Source of the DNA: Squalus acanthias
Lineage: Eukaryota
DNA length: 64,000 bases
Direction of reading: 5' to 3'
Assembly (NCBI GenBank): GCA_030390025.1
Contig: CM059431.1
Span: 156,924,001-156,988,000 of the forward strand
In this document: one piece after another, positions 26,511 through 40,152 of the stretch
Numbering within the stretch: the first letter of the stretch is position 1
How the letters are laid out: each line of letters begins with the position of its first letter
The notes under the pieces: generated by a model
Told to the model about the DNA's origin: nothing
Database searches by the model: none
Seen by the model: only the letters and a program-made list of their open reading frames with translations
Program-made: the position numbers and the translations under genes

Positions 26511-26865
26511 AAAATCTGCTTCATCGGCCTGTTAACTTTTAGAGCTTGTGATGCAATATAACATTTTCAGCTAATCTTTCTTTTACAGTCTGGCGGTGGA
26601 TTATATTTATTATGAGACTCGGAAAATATGAACATTAAATTCATTTGCTAATCAGTATTCGAATTTAATATCAATATTAAAAGTTCAGGCTACCTCTTGC
26701 AACTGCTCCGTTTCTGAACCCACTTCCTTATTCTCTGTGCTACTGCTCCCAGTCTGTTTACAGCTCCCGCTGCTCCGTGTCTGAAATCCCTGCCTTTTAA
26801 ATGTCTACTGCCACCAACGGTGCTGTGCCTCGTCTTTAATGTTTGCTTCCCTTTCCCACCGGTTC

Positions 26866-28058
26866 CATAGAAACATAGAAACATAGAAGATAGGAGCAGG
26901 AGTAGGCCATTGGGCCCCTCGAAGCTGCTCCACCATTTAATGAGATCATGGCTGATCATCCAAATTCAGTACCCTGTCCCTGCTTTCTTCCCATATCCCT
27001 TGATCCCATTAGCCTTAAGAAATATATCTAACTCCTTCTTGAAAATATTTAATGAATTGGCCTCAACTGCCTTCTGTGGTAGAGAATTCCACAGTTTATC
27101 ACTCTCTGGGTGAAGAAATTCCTCCCCATCTCAGTCCTAAATGGCTTACCCCTTATCCTTAGACTGTGACCCCTGTTTCTGGACTCCCCGGCCATCGGGA
27201 ACATCCTACCTGCATCAAATCTGTCTAGTCCTGTTATAATTTTATACGTTTCAATAAGATCCCCATCATTCTTAAAAACTGTAGCGAATACAAGCCCAAT
27301 CGTCCCAATATCTCTTCATACGTCATTCCTGCCATCCCAGGTATCAGTCTGGTGAATCTTCGCTGCAATCCATCCATGGCAAGAACATCCTTCCTCAGAT
27401 AAGGCGACCAAAACTGCACACAATACTCAAGGTGTGGTCTCACCAAGGCCTTGTACAACTGCAGCAAGACATCCTTGCTCCTGTACTCTAATCCTCTCTC
27501 TATGGAGGCCAACATACCATTTGCCTTTTTAACCGCCTGCTGTACCTGCATGATTACCTTCAACGACTGGTGCACAAGGACTCCCAGGTCTCGTTGCACT
27601 TTCCCTTTTCCCAATCTATTGCCGTTCAAATAATAATCTGCCTTCCTGTTTTTGCCACCAAAGTGGATAACCACGCATTCATCCACAATATACTGCATCT
27701 GCCATGCATCTGCCCAATCACCCAACTTGTCCAAATCATACTGGATTTTCTCTGCATCCTGCTCACAACACATACGCCCACCCAGCTTTGTGTCGTCTGC
27801 AAACCTGGAGATATTACCTCGAGTTCCCTCGTCTAGATCATTAATATATATTGTGAATAACTGGGGTCCTAGCACCGATCCTTGCGGTACCCCACTAGGC
27901 AATGCCTGCCACTCGGAAAAAGACCCGTTTATTCCAACTATTTGCTTCCTGTCTGCCAACCAGTTGTCTATCCAAGTCAGTACCTTACCCCCAATCCCAT
28001 GTGCTTTAAGTTTGCATGTTAATCTCTTTGCGGGAACTTATCGAAAGCCTTCTGAAAG
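26866..28058 (-). mobile_element. Young CR1, 5'-truncated
   Basis: 241-aa RT ORF 27234-27959; (catagaaa)n tail; interrupts a sequence that is contiguous in the paralog at ~1420. Confidence 0.95.
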
Positions 28059-28397
28059 TCCTTTTCTGTATTTTCCCTGTTTCCATTTCCATCAGCTCTA
28101 TGTCTGATTCTGTCCTAACTTCCCATCCCCGATACACTTTCCACACCACAGTGCTCCATGGCTGCATGTCTTCCTGCATCTTTAATCGGCTACAGCTCTA
28201 AAACCTTCGTCTAGCTCTAACTCTCTCACCTAACACTTTATTCCTTCCCCACACGCTGCAATCTTATTGTATCAATTGCCTTTTCTTTCCTTTTGATCCG
28301 TGCCCGATATTCTCACATCGGTTCGACCTCCAGCTCTATATTTGACTCTCACCCTCCTTTCCTTCCCACCTGGCCCATGTCTGATTAGCCGTCCTGC

Positions 28398-30558
28398 ATA
28401 ACATAAGCACATAGGAAATAGTAGCAGGAGTAGGACATTTGGCCCCTTGAGCATGCTGCGCCATTCAATAAGATCTGATCTTGGACTCAACTCTAATTCC
28501 CTGCCCGCTCCCCATAACCCATGACTCCCTTATCGTTCAAAAATCTGTCTATCTCCACCTAAATTATATTTAATGACTCAGCATCCACAGCTCTCTGGGG
28601 CAGAGAATTCCGCAGATTCACCACCATCTGAGAGAAGAAATTCCTCCTCATCTCCGTTTTAATGGGGCAACCCGTTATTCTAAAAATATGCCCGATAGTT
28701 CTAGATTCCCCACGAGGGGAAACATACTCTCTGCATCTACATTGTCAAGCCTCCTTAGCATCTTATTTGTTTCAATAAGATCACCTCTCATTCTTCTGAA
28801 CTCCAAAGAGTATAGGCCCGGCCTGCTCAAACTTTCTTCATAAGACGACCCCTTCATCTCAGGAGTTAACCTAGTGAACGTTCTCTGAACTGCTTCCAAA
28901 GCAATTTATCCCTCCTTAAATAAGGAGACCAAAACTGTACGCAGCACTCCAGGTGTGGTCTCACCAATACCCTATACAATTGTAGCAGGGCTTCCCTACT
29001 TTTATTGTCCATCCCATTTGCAATAAAGTCCAACATTCCATTTGCTTCCTAACTGATTGCATGGTAACTTTTTGTGTTACATGTACAAAGGCTCTCATAT
29101 CGCACAGTACTGCAGAATTTTGTAATCTTTCCATTTACATAATATTAAACTTTTTTATTTTTCTCACCAAAGTGGATAACCTCACATTTTCCCACATTAT
29201 ACTCTATCAGTCAAAATGTTGCCCACTCACTTAGCCTATCTAAATCCGTTTGCAGATTCTTTATGTCGTTTTCGCAACTTGCTTTAGCACGTATATTTGT
29301 ATCATCAGTAAATTTGGCTACATTACACTCAGTCCCTTGATCCAAGTTATTAATGTCGATTGTAAATAGTAGAAACCCCAGCACTCCATGTGGCACTCCA
29401 CTTGCTACAGATTGCCAACCGGAAAATTACCCAATGATCTCGACTCTTTGTTTACTGTTATTTAGCCAATCTTCTATCCTTGCTAATATATTACCCCTAA
29501 CATCGTGAGCTCATATCTTGTGCAGTAATCTTTTATGTGTCACCTTATCGAATGCCTTCTGGAAATCCAAATACAGTACATCTACTGGTTCCCCTTTATT
29601 CACCATGCTCATTACATACTCAAAGAAATCAAGCACATTTCTCAAACATGATTTCCCTTTCGTAAAACCATGTTGACTCTGCTTGACTGTATTATGCTTT
29701 TCTAAATGTCCTGCTACTACTTCCTTAATAATGGACTTCAGCATTTTAGCAATGACAGATGTTAGGCTAACTGGTCTGCAGTTTATTGCTTTCTGTCTCC
29801 CTCCTTTCCTAAATAGGGGCACTGTATTTGGGGTTTTCCAATCCGCTGGGACCGTTCCAGAATCCAGGGAATTTTGGTAGATTGCAAGCAATACATCCAC
29901 TATCTGTGCAGCCACTTCTTTTTTGACCCTAGGATGCAGGCCATCATGTCCAGGTGACTTGTTCATAATTAGTCCCATTATTTTACCGAGTAATTTTTCT
30001 CTAATAGTAGTCTTGTTTTAAGTTCCTCCTCCCTATAGCCCCTTGATTATCTATTATTGGAAAGCTTTTAGTGTCTTCTACCGTGAAGACCGATGCAAAA
30101 TAATTGTTCAATGTCACTTCCATTTCCCTGTTTCCCAAGTCTCATCCTCTAAGGGACCAACGTTTACTTTAGCAAATCTCTTCCTTCTTATACACATTTA
30201 GAAGCTCTTACTAACTGTTGTTATATTTCCTTCCAGTTTACTTTCACAATCTATCTTCTCTCGCTGTTATTTTTTAGTCATCCTTTGCTGGTTTCTAAAA
30301 ATTTCCCAATCGTCTGGCCTACCACTAATCTTCACAACTTTGATGCCTTTGTTTTCAATTGAATCATTTACTTGCTTAGTTAGACACGGATGTTTCAACT
30401 TTCACTTAGAGTGTTTATTCTCACTGGAATATATCTTTGCTGAGTGTTATGAAATATCTCCTTCAATATCTGACACTGCTTATCTACCCTTTAATATATT
30501 TTCCCAGTCAACTTTAGCCCACTCTGCCTTCATAACTTTGTAATTGCCTTTATTTAAG
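28398..30558 (-). mobile_element. CR1 LINE, 5'-truncated
   Basis: ORFs 28675-28899, 29211-29396, 29511-29978. Confidence 0.92.
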
Positions 30559-30721
30559 GGGTAAGTTAGAAGAATTTCTTCGCACAGTGTGTTACTGGGA
30601 CATGAAATGCTTAATTAAAACTGGCTATTGAGACAGAGACAAAGGTCAGATTTCCCACTTTGCAGTGGCACCGTGTGAGCTCAGCTTTCGGCTACCCTCC
30701 GACTCCATCATAACCCTGCAT

Positions 30722-31560
30722 TAGTATGCAGGTGCAGCAAGTGATTAAGAAGGCAAATGGAATGTTGGCTTTCATTGCTAGGGGGATAGAATATAAAAAT
30801 AGGGAGGTATTGCTTCAGTTGTACAAGGTATTGGTGAGACCGCACCTGGAATACTGCATACAGTTTTGGTGTCCTTACTTAAGGAAATACATCCTTGCTC
30901 TCGAGGCAGTGCAAAAAATGTTCACTCGGTTAATCCCGGGGATGAGGGGGTGGTCATATGAGGAGAGGTTGGGTAGATTGGGACTCTACTCATTGGAGTT
31001 CAGAAGAATGAGAGGCGATCTTATTGAAACATATAAGATTGTGAAGGGGTTGGATCGGGTGGATGCGGGGAGGATGTTCCCGATGACGGGTGAGACTAGA
31101 ACTAGGGGACAGAGTCTTAGAATAAGGGGCTGCTCTTTCAAAACTGAGATGAGGAGGAACTACTTCACTCAGAGGGTGGGAGGTCCATGGAATATGCTGC
31201 CACAAAAAGCTGTAGAAGCTACATCATTAAATAAATTTAAAACAGAAATAGACAGTTTCCTAGAAGTAAAGGGCATTAAGGGTTACGGGGAGCGGGCAGG
31301 AATTTGGACATGAGTCTAGGTTCGGATCCGGTCATGGCCCTGTGGGTAGTGGAGCGGGCCCAGGGACCGTGTAGCCTGATTCTGCTCCTATTTCGTGTGT
31401 GCAATTCTGTTAGATGCAGGAGATGGTTCTGTGATAGATAGTAGATTGGCGGTTAGGATCAGATCAGCCATGATCTTATTGAATGGCGGAGCAGGCTCGA
31501 GGGGCCGATTGGCCTACTCCTGCTCCTATTTCTTATGTGCTTATGTTCTTATGTTCTTAC
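30722..31560 (+). mobile_element. CR1 3' part, same subfamily as 6886-11500 (doubled 3' UTR hairpin motif)
   Basis: 195-aa ORF 30726-31313; ttcttatgttcttatg tail. Confidence 0.92.
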
Positions 31561-32169
31561 GCTTTTTTCCTGGGTCATGCATCATTATCAATGCAGGGTA
31601 GGCTGCCGGAGGAACTCCTGCCAGCAAGAGGGAGCCCACTGCTTCAACAGTGGGAAATTGCTTAATTCCCCATCCAGCTTCATTTCTGAATCTCCGTCCA
31701 CCATAAACAATATATCAAGCTTTTCGATATTCTCCGGCGTCACACTCAGTCTAAGGACAATCCAAAAACCTATCCCATGTTATCTTCACGGAATGCTGTT
31801 ACCAGTTCGAGAAATGGAGCCTAAAATAATTAAGTATCATTATTGGCTGGCTAATGTTATCGTCAGTATTAATTTCTGTTTGGTAACACATCACATTGTT
31901 AAAAATCACCTTGTGGACATTTGTCTATTTTGTACTTTCACTAGGTTAGGGCCTCATTCTAAAGTTCAGTATGTCCCTCTTCTCTTGACTCCCCCAGTAG
32001 AAGAAATGGTTTCTCTCTAGCTTCCCTATCGAATCTTGTTAACATTTCAAACATCTAGGTAAATCGCCCTGAACATTCAATATTCAAGCGAATAAAAATC
32101 AACTTTATCAACCTCTCAGAGTACATGTCATTGATCTCCTCCCTCCCTCACAATTTCTAGCCCAATTCA

Positions 32170-34580
32170 TAGGTCAAACAGTTCGGATGGGATAGCTTTT
32201 GCACAGTGTGTGCAGGAGGGTTTCCTGACACAATATGTGGATAAGCCGACAAGAGGTGGGGCTACATTGGATTTGGTACTGGGTAATGAACCGGGCAAAG
32301 TGTTTGATTTGTATGTGGGAGAGCACTTTCGAGATAGTGACCACAATTCGGTGACTTTCACTATTGCAATGGAGAGGGATAGGGCCATACGACAGGGCAG
32401 GGTTTATAATTGGGGGAGGGGTAATTATGATGCGATTAGGCAAGAATTAGGGAGCATAAGATGGGAACAGAAACTATCAGGGAAAGGCACAAACGAAAAG
32501 TGGAGCTTTTTGATGGAGCAATTACTGCGTGTCCTTGATAGGTATGTCCCTGTCAGGCAGGGAGGAAATGGCCGACTGAGAGAAACTTGGTTCACAAAAG
32601 AGGTTGAATATCTAGTCAAGAGGAAAAAGGAAGCGTATGTAAGGATGAGAAAACAAGATTCAGACGGGTCGATTGAGGGGTACAAGGTAGCAAGGAATTA
32701 GCTAAAAAAAGAGCTTAGGAGAGCTGGGAGGGGGCATGAGAAGTCCTTGGCGGGTCGGATCAAGGAAAACCCCAAGGCTTTTTACTCTTATGTGAGAAAT
32801 AAAAGAATGACCAGGGTGAGGGTAGGGCCGGTCAAGGACAGTAGTGGGAATTTGTGCATGGAGTCAGAAGAGATAGGAGAGGTGATGAATGAATACTTTT
32901 TGTCAGTGTTTACCGAGGAGAGGGGCCATGTTTTGAGGATGAGAGTGTGATAAAGGTGGATAGGCTGGAGGAGGTAGATGTTCTGAGGGAAGATGTTTTA
33001 GCAATTTTGAAGAACCTGAGGGTCGATAAGTCCCCTGGGCCAGATGGGATATATCCTAGGATTCCTTGGGAGGCAAGGGAGGAGATTGCAGAGCCTTTGG
33101 CTCTGATCTTTGGGTCTTCACTGTCCACGGGGATGGTGGCAGAGGACTGGAGAGTGGCGAATGTTGTTCCTCTCTTCAAGAAAGGAAATAGGAATGACCC
33201 TGGTAATTATAGGCCGGTTAGTCTTACTTCGGTGGTTGGTAAGATAATGGAAAAGGTCCTGAGGGATGGGATTTATAACCATTTGGAAAGATGATACTTA
33301 ATCCGGGATAGTCAACACGGATTCGTGAAGGGTAAGTCTTGCCTAACAAATTTGATTGAATTCTTTGAGGAGGTAACTAAGTGTGTAGATGAAGGTAGAG
33401 CAGTTGATGTCGTATACATGGATTTTAGTAAGGCGTTTGATAAGATTCCCATGGTCGGCTCATGAAGAAAGTAAGGAGTTGTGGGGTAAAGGGAAATTAG
33501 GCCGATTGGATAAGTGACTGGCTATCTCATAGAAGGCAGAGGGTGGTGGTGAATGGCAAATTTTCGGACTGGAGACCAGTTACCAGCGGTGTGCCACAGG
33601 GATCGGTGCTGGGTCCTCTGCTGTTTGTGATTTTTATCAATAACTTGGAGGAGGGGACTGAAGGGTGGATCCGTAAGTTTGCTGATGACACCAAGATTGG
33701 TGGAGTAGTGGATGAGGTGGAGGGCTGTTGTAGGCTGCAAAGAGACATTGATAGGATGCAGAGCTGGGCCGAAAATTGTCAGATTGAATTTAACCCTGAT
33801 AAGTGCGAGGTGATTCATGTTGGTAGGGCAAATTTGAATAAGGATCACAGGGTCAACGGCAGGGTTCTGAGGAACGTGGAGGAACAGAGGGGTCTGGGGG
33901 TTCATATCCACAGATCTCTGAAGGTTGCCACTCAAGTGGATAGAGCAGTAAAGAAGGCCTTTAGTGTGCTAGCGTTTATTAACAAGGGGTTTGAGTTTAA
34001 GAACCGTGAGGTTATGCTGCAACTGTACAGGACCTTGGTGAGACCACATTTGTAATATTGAGTGCAGTTCTGGTCACCTCACTATAGGAAGGACGTGGAA
34101 GCATTGGAAAGAGTGCAAAGGAGATTTACCAGGATGCTGCCTGGTTTGGGGGGGAGGTCTTATGAGGAAAGATTGAGGGAGTTGGGGCTTTTCTCTTTAG
34201 AGCGGAGGAGGATGAGAGGCGACTTAATAGAGGTTTATAAGATGATGAGGGGGATAGATAGAGTGGATGTTCAGATATTATTTCCTCGGGTGGATGTAGC
34301 TGTTACAAGGGGGCATAACTATAAGGTGCATGGGGGGAGATATAGAAGGGATGTTCGAGGTAGATTCTTTACTCAGAGAGTGGTTGGGGTGTGGAATGGA
34401 CTGCCTGCTGTGATAGTGGAGTAGGACATTTTAGGAACTTTCAAGCGGTTATTGGATAAGCACATGGAGCACACCAGAATGATAGGGAGTGGGATAGCTT
34501 GATCTTGGTTTCGGACAATGCTCGGCATAACATCGAGGTCCGAAGGGCCTGTACTGTGCTGTACTGTTCTATGTTTTATA
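32170..34580 (+). mobile_element. CR1 LINE of a different subfamily, 5'-truncated in the endonuclease
   Basis: ORFs 32210-32701 (SDHN), 32947-33294, 33543-34055 (FADD), 34062-34424. Confidence 0.95.
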
Positions 34581-34589
34581 TACTATTAA

Positions 34590-35365
34590 GTCATTTTATC
34601 AATTATATTTTTTGTGGAAGCATGGCGAACGCCTTCTGAAAGTCCACATAGATAACATCCATAGGCTCTCATTCGACTACCTTATAAGTGAACTCCTCAA
34701 AATATTAAACTAGATTAGTCAGATTATTAACATAGCCATGCTGGTTCTCTCTGATCAGCTCATATTTGCTCAAAAGCTCAGTCAGTCTATTGTTAATGGC
34801 CGATTCTAGTAGCTTCCCCTCAACCGACGGTGAACTAGCATGTAGTTACCTATTTTTTGTAGCTCGGTCATTTAAATAATGGAGTGACGATAGCAATTTC
34901 CAGTCTAATAGCACAATTCCATTAGGTTCCTCCACTTGAATTAATTTAATTTTCCCTCTTTCACTGATATGTTGTCCTTTTCCTCTACTTTGAAAACTGA
35001 TACATAGTATTAGTTATACAAGGCCGGCTGTTATATTGTTAGCAATTACCATATCATCTGCACCTGTCTTTATTTAATCGCCCAAATCTCCCTCAGCCAC
35101 TCTCTTAAACTTAGTTTATTTATACAAATGTTTACAATTAGCTTTCATATTACATGCAAGTTTTTGTTCTATTTCCATTTTGCAGCTCTTAATTTTTTCT
35201 GTGTGTCCCTTTGTTGTTTTCTATATTTTTACCAGTCCTCTGGATTACCGGTTTTCTTGCCATTATTGAGAGTCACGTCCTTTCGCTTTATACTGCTTCG
35301 CACCTCACATGCAGTCCATGTTTGTATGACGGTACACGTGGAATTCTTGATCCTTAGGGATATAT
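34590..35365 (-). mobile_element. Old CR1 fragment, paralog of 2390-2520 plus 4790-5580
   Basis: Shared diverged sequence, uninterrupted here. Confidence 0.75.
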
Positions 35366-35559
35366 TTTGGATGACAAGCTATATCCGATCCTAAAAATGA
35401 AGCATAGATTGAATCCGGACAATTCCCGCCCTACCAGCTCCCTCACAATGATCAGCAAAGTGATGGAAGGCCTCATCAAAAGCGCCATCAAGCAACATTC
35501 TCTCATCAATAACCTTTTCAGGGACACTCTTTTGGGGTGGTGCCTGAAATCCTCTGATA

Positions 35560-38500
35560 CCTAACCTCACAGAGATGCCGCTGAACATAGGGTCTAATGA
35601 GTGGGAGGAACTGAATGAAATCAGTATTTGTAGGGAAATGGTGTTAGGGAAATTGATGGTTTTGAAGGCCGATAAATCCCCAGGGCATGATAATCTACAA
35701 CTAGGGTACTTAAGGAAGTGGCCCTATAAATAGTAGATGCATTGCAGATCATCTTCCAAAATTCTATGCGCTCTGGCACAACTCCCATGGATTGGAGGGT
35801 AGCTAATGTAACGCCACTATTTAAAAAAGTTGTAGAGAGAAAACGGGGAGTTATTGACCGGAAAGCCTGACATCGGTAGTGGGGAAAATGCTAGAATCCA
35901 TTATAAAAGATGTAATAGCAGAGCTCTTGGTAAACAGCGACAGGTTCGGACAAAGTCAACATGGATTTACAAAAGGTAAATCATGCTTGACTAATCTACT
36001 GGAATTTCGTGAGGATTTAACTGGTCGAATTGATAAGGGAGAACCAGTGGATGTGGTGAATTTGGACTTTCAGAAGGCTTTCGATAAGGACCCGCATAAG
36101 AGATTAGCTTGCAAAGTTAAGGCACATGGGATTGGGGTAAGGTACTGACTTGGATAGAGAACTGGTTAGCAGATAGGAAGCAAAGAGTTGGTATAAACTG
36201 TTCTTGTTCCGAGTGGCAGGCAGTGACCAATGGGGTACCGCAGGGATCGGTGCTTGGACCATAGCTATTCACAATATATATTAATGATCTAGACGAGGGA
36301 ACTAGATGTAATATCTCCAAGTTTGCAGACGACACATAGCTGGGTGGGCGTGTGTGCTGTGAAGAGGATGCAGAGAAATTCCAGGATGGTTTGGACAGGT
36401 TTTGGTGATTGGACAGATGCATGGCAGATGCAGTATAATGTTGATAAATGCGAGGTTATCCACTTTGGTGGCAAAAAGAGGAAGACAGATTATTATTTGA
36501 ACGGCAATAGATTGGGAAAAGGGGAAGTGCAACGAGATCGGGGTGACCTTGTGCACCTTTCGTTGAAGGTAAGCATGCAGGTGCAGCAGGCGGTTAAGAA
36601 GGCAAATGGTATGTTGGCCTTCATAGCGAGAGGATTCGAGTACAGGAGCAAGGATGTCTTGCTGCTGTTGTACAGGGCCTTGGTGAGACCACACCTTGAG
36701 TATTGTGTGCAGTTTTGGTCGCTTTATCTGAGGAAGGATGTTCTTGCCATGGAGGGAGTGCAGCGAAGATTCACCAGACTGATACCTGGGATGGCAGGAA
36801 TGACGTATGAGGAGAGATTGGGTCGATTAGGCTTGTATTCGATAGAGTTTAAAAGAATGAGAGGGGAGCTCATTGAAACTTATAATTTTCTAACAGTACG
36901 AGACAGAATTGAAGCAGGAAGGATGTTCCCGATGGCGGGGGAGTCCTGAACCAGGGGTCACCGTCTAAGGTGGGTTTACATTAGCTACCCTATGTTCCCC
37001 GACATCTCTGGGAGGTTATTGGTTTCATCCTTTGTAAAATCAGAACAAAAGTATGTATTTAATTGGTCTGCCATTGATTTGTTCCCCATTATAAATTCCC
37101 CTGATTCTGACTGCAAGGGACCTACGCTTCACTTCAACAATATTTTTCTCTTCACATATCTGTAGAAGCTTTTACAAGTCAGTTTTTATGTTCCCTGAGA
37201 GCTTACTCTCATACACTATTTTCCCCCTGTTAATTAATCCCTTTGTCCTCCTTTGCTGAATCCTAAACTGCTCCCAATCCTCAGGTTTGCTGCTTTTTCT
37301 GGCCAATTTATATGTCCTCTCCTTGGATCTTATGCTATCCCTAATTTCCCTTTTTAGCCACGGTTGAGTCACCTTTTTTGTTTTATTTTTATGCCAAACA
37401 GGGATGAACATATTATGTAGTTCATCCATGCGATCTTTTAATGTTTGCCATTGCCTATCCACCATCAACCCTTTAAGTAACGTTCCCCAATCCATCCTAG
37501 CCAACTCGCGCCTCATACCATCGAAGTTTCCTTTATTAAAATTCAGTACCCTAGTCTCTGAGTCAACTACTTTACTCTCAATCTTAATGAAGAATTCTAT
37601 CATATTATGATCGTACCTCCCCACGGGGCCTCGCACATCAAGATTGCTAATTAATCCGTTCTCATTAGATAATACCCAGTGGAAGATGACCTGATCTCTA
37701 GTTGTTTCCTCGACATATTGGACCAGGAAACCATCCTGCATATACTCCAGGAATTCCTCCTCCACAGTATTGTTACTAATTTGGTTCACCCAATTTATAT
37801 GTAGATAAAAGTCACCCATGATATTTGATGTGCCCTTATTGCACGTGTATCTAATGTCCCATTTAATGACATCCCCAACCTCAGCATTACTGTTTGGGGT
37901 TCTGTATACAACTCCCACTAACGTTGTCTGCCCCTTGGTAATTCTCAGCTCTACCCATACAGATTCCATATCATCAGAGCTAATATCCGTCCTTACTATT
38001 GTGTTAATCTCCTTTTATCCAGCAATGCTACCCCACCTCATTTTCCTTTTTGCCTGTCCATCCAGAATATTGAATACCACTGGATGTTGAATTCCCGTGC
38101 CTTGATCACCCTGGAGCCATGTCTCCGTAATCCCAATTATATCATATCCATTTGCATCTATTTGCACAGCTAATTCATCCACCTTATTACGAATGCTCCT
38201 CACATTAGGGCACAAAGCCTTAAGGCTTGTTTTTTTAACACTGTTAGACCTTTTAGAATTATTGTTTACTGTGGCCATGTTTGATTTACTCCCTTGATTT
38301 CTCTGACCTCCACTTTTGCTTTTCTCCTTTCAGTCTTTTGCTTCTATCCTTGCTTACCTTTCCTCTGTCTCCCTGCACAGGTTCCCAACCCCCTGCCATT
38401 TTAGTTTAAGCCCTCCCCAACAGCATAAGCAGACACTCCCCCTCTAGGATATCGGCCCGGTCCTGCCCAGGCACAAACCGTCCAGTTCGTATTGTTCTCA

Positions 38501-40152
38501 CCTCCCCCAGAACCGGTTCCAATGTCCCAGGAATTTGAATTACTCCCCCTTGCCCCATTCCTCTAGCCACGTATTCATCTGAAATATCATTCTATTTCTA
38601 CTCTGACTAGCAGGTGGCAATGGTAGCAATCCTGAGAATACTACAGTTGAAATCCTATTTTTTAATTTACCTCCTATATTCAGATTTTAGGACCTCATCC
38701 AGATTTTTACCCATATCTTTGCTACTTATATGCACCAGGACAACTGGTTGTTCACCAAACAGAATGCCCTGCAGCTGCTCCGAGACATCCTTGACCCTTG
38801 CACCAGGGAGGCAACACACCATCCTGGAGTCTCGTTTGCGGCCGCAGAAACACCTATCTATTCCCCTTACAATAGAATCCCCTATCACTATAGCTCTCCC
38901 GCTCTTTTTCCTGCCGTCCTGTGCAGCATGGTGCCAGGAAGTTTGTTGCTGCTGCCTTCCCCCGATAAGCCATCTTCCTCAACAATATCCAAAGCGGTAT
39001 ATCTGTTTGAGAGGGGGATGGCCACAGCGGACCACTGCACCACCTGCCTGCGCCTACTACTCTGCCTGGCGGTCACCATTCCCTTCCTGCCTGTGCAGCC
39101 TTTACATGCGGTGTAACCAACTCATTAAACGTGATATGCACGACGTCCTCAGCATCGCGAATGCTCCAATATGTATCAATTCGCAGGTCCAGCGCCGCTA
39201 TGTGGTCTGCCAGTACATGCAGCTGGATACTCCTCCCGCACACATGGTCGTCAAGGACAAAGGAAGTGTCCCTGATTTCCCACATAGTGCAGGAGGTGCA
39301 TGCCACGGGGCCGAGCTGTGCTGCCATGAATTATACTTTAATTAATTTAAATAAAATTATGTCAAATCAGTACCACTAATTACACTACAATTATATGATA
39401 TACTCAATGGCCCTTGTTTACTCGCACTCCCCGCTACACAACAGAGACTTTAGAAATTATAATCGCAAAATTAAGACCCTCTAAACTTTATAAATTTTTA
39501 ACCTTAACTGTCAAACTGTAGAGTAGTATAAATACTAACCTGGCCGTACTCACCCGATCAGCTGCTTCCGCTTGGCCGCGTCACTTTTTGCATCGTGACG
39601 TTACTCTGGAACGCCGCTGACGGTCTGCGAGATTGGTAGGTCTCTGAAAAAAAGCCCACGAAAGTTGACGTTGAGTTTAAATCCTCACTGTACCGCCGCT
39701 CTCTGCCTCTCCCGACTCTGGCCTATGTAAAAAAGCCCGCGAAAGTGAATTTAAATACTCACTGTACCGCCGCTCTCTGCTCCTCCCGACACCTGCCTCT
39801 GAAAGAAAGCCCGTGTAAGTGAGTTTAAATACTCACTGTATCGCCGCTCTATGCCTCTCCCGACACCAGCCTCTCTTGGACTGAGATGAGGAGGAATGTC
39901 TTCACCTACAGAGTGTTTAACCTGTGGAATTCTCTACCACAGAAGGCAGTTGAGGCCAATTCATTAAATATTTTCAAGAAGGAGTTAGAAATATTTCTTA
40001 AGGCTAAAGGGATCAAGGGATATGGGGAGAAAGCAGTGACAGTGTACTGAATTTGGATGATCAGCCATGATCTCATTGAATGGCGGAGCAGGCTCGAGGG
40101 GCCTAATGGCCTAATCCTTTTCCTTTTTTCTATTCTTCTATCTTTCTATGTT
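35560..40152. mobile_element. Composite CR1: middle (+, 35560-36968), 5' half (-, 36970-39875), 3' end (+, 39877-40152)
   Basis: RT ORFs 35879-36949 (+); EN ORF 37172-37969 and ORF1 38667-39327 (-); 3' UTR resumes at 39877. Confidence 0.9.
39640..39875 (-). repeat. ~3 tandem ~72-80-bp monomers at CR1 5' end
   Basis: aaagccc(g/a)cgaaagtgagtttaaatactcactgtaccgccgctctctgcctctcccgac repeated; related to 11252-11500. Confidence 0.9.

Noticed and set aside
31535..32020. 161-aa ORF
   Set aside because: Starts in a CR1 tail, has no recognisable domain, and is not conserved in the paralogous segment
38614..39345. 243-aa plus-strand ORF as a host gene
   Set aside because: It is antisense to CR1 ORF1; most ORFs in the track are similar TE shadows
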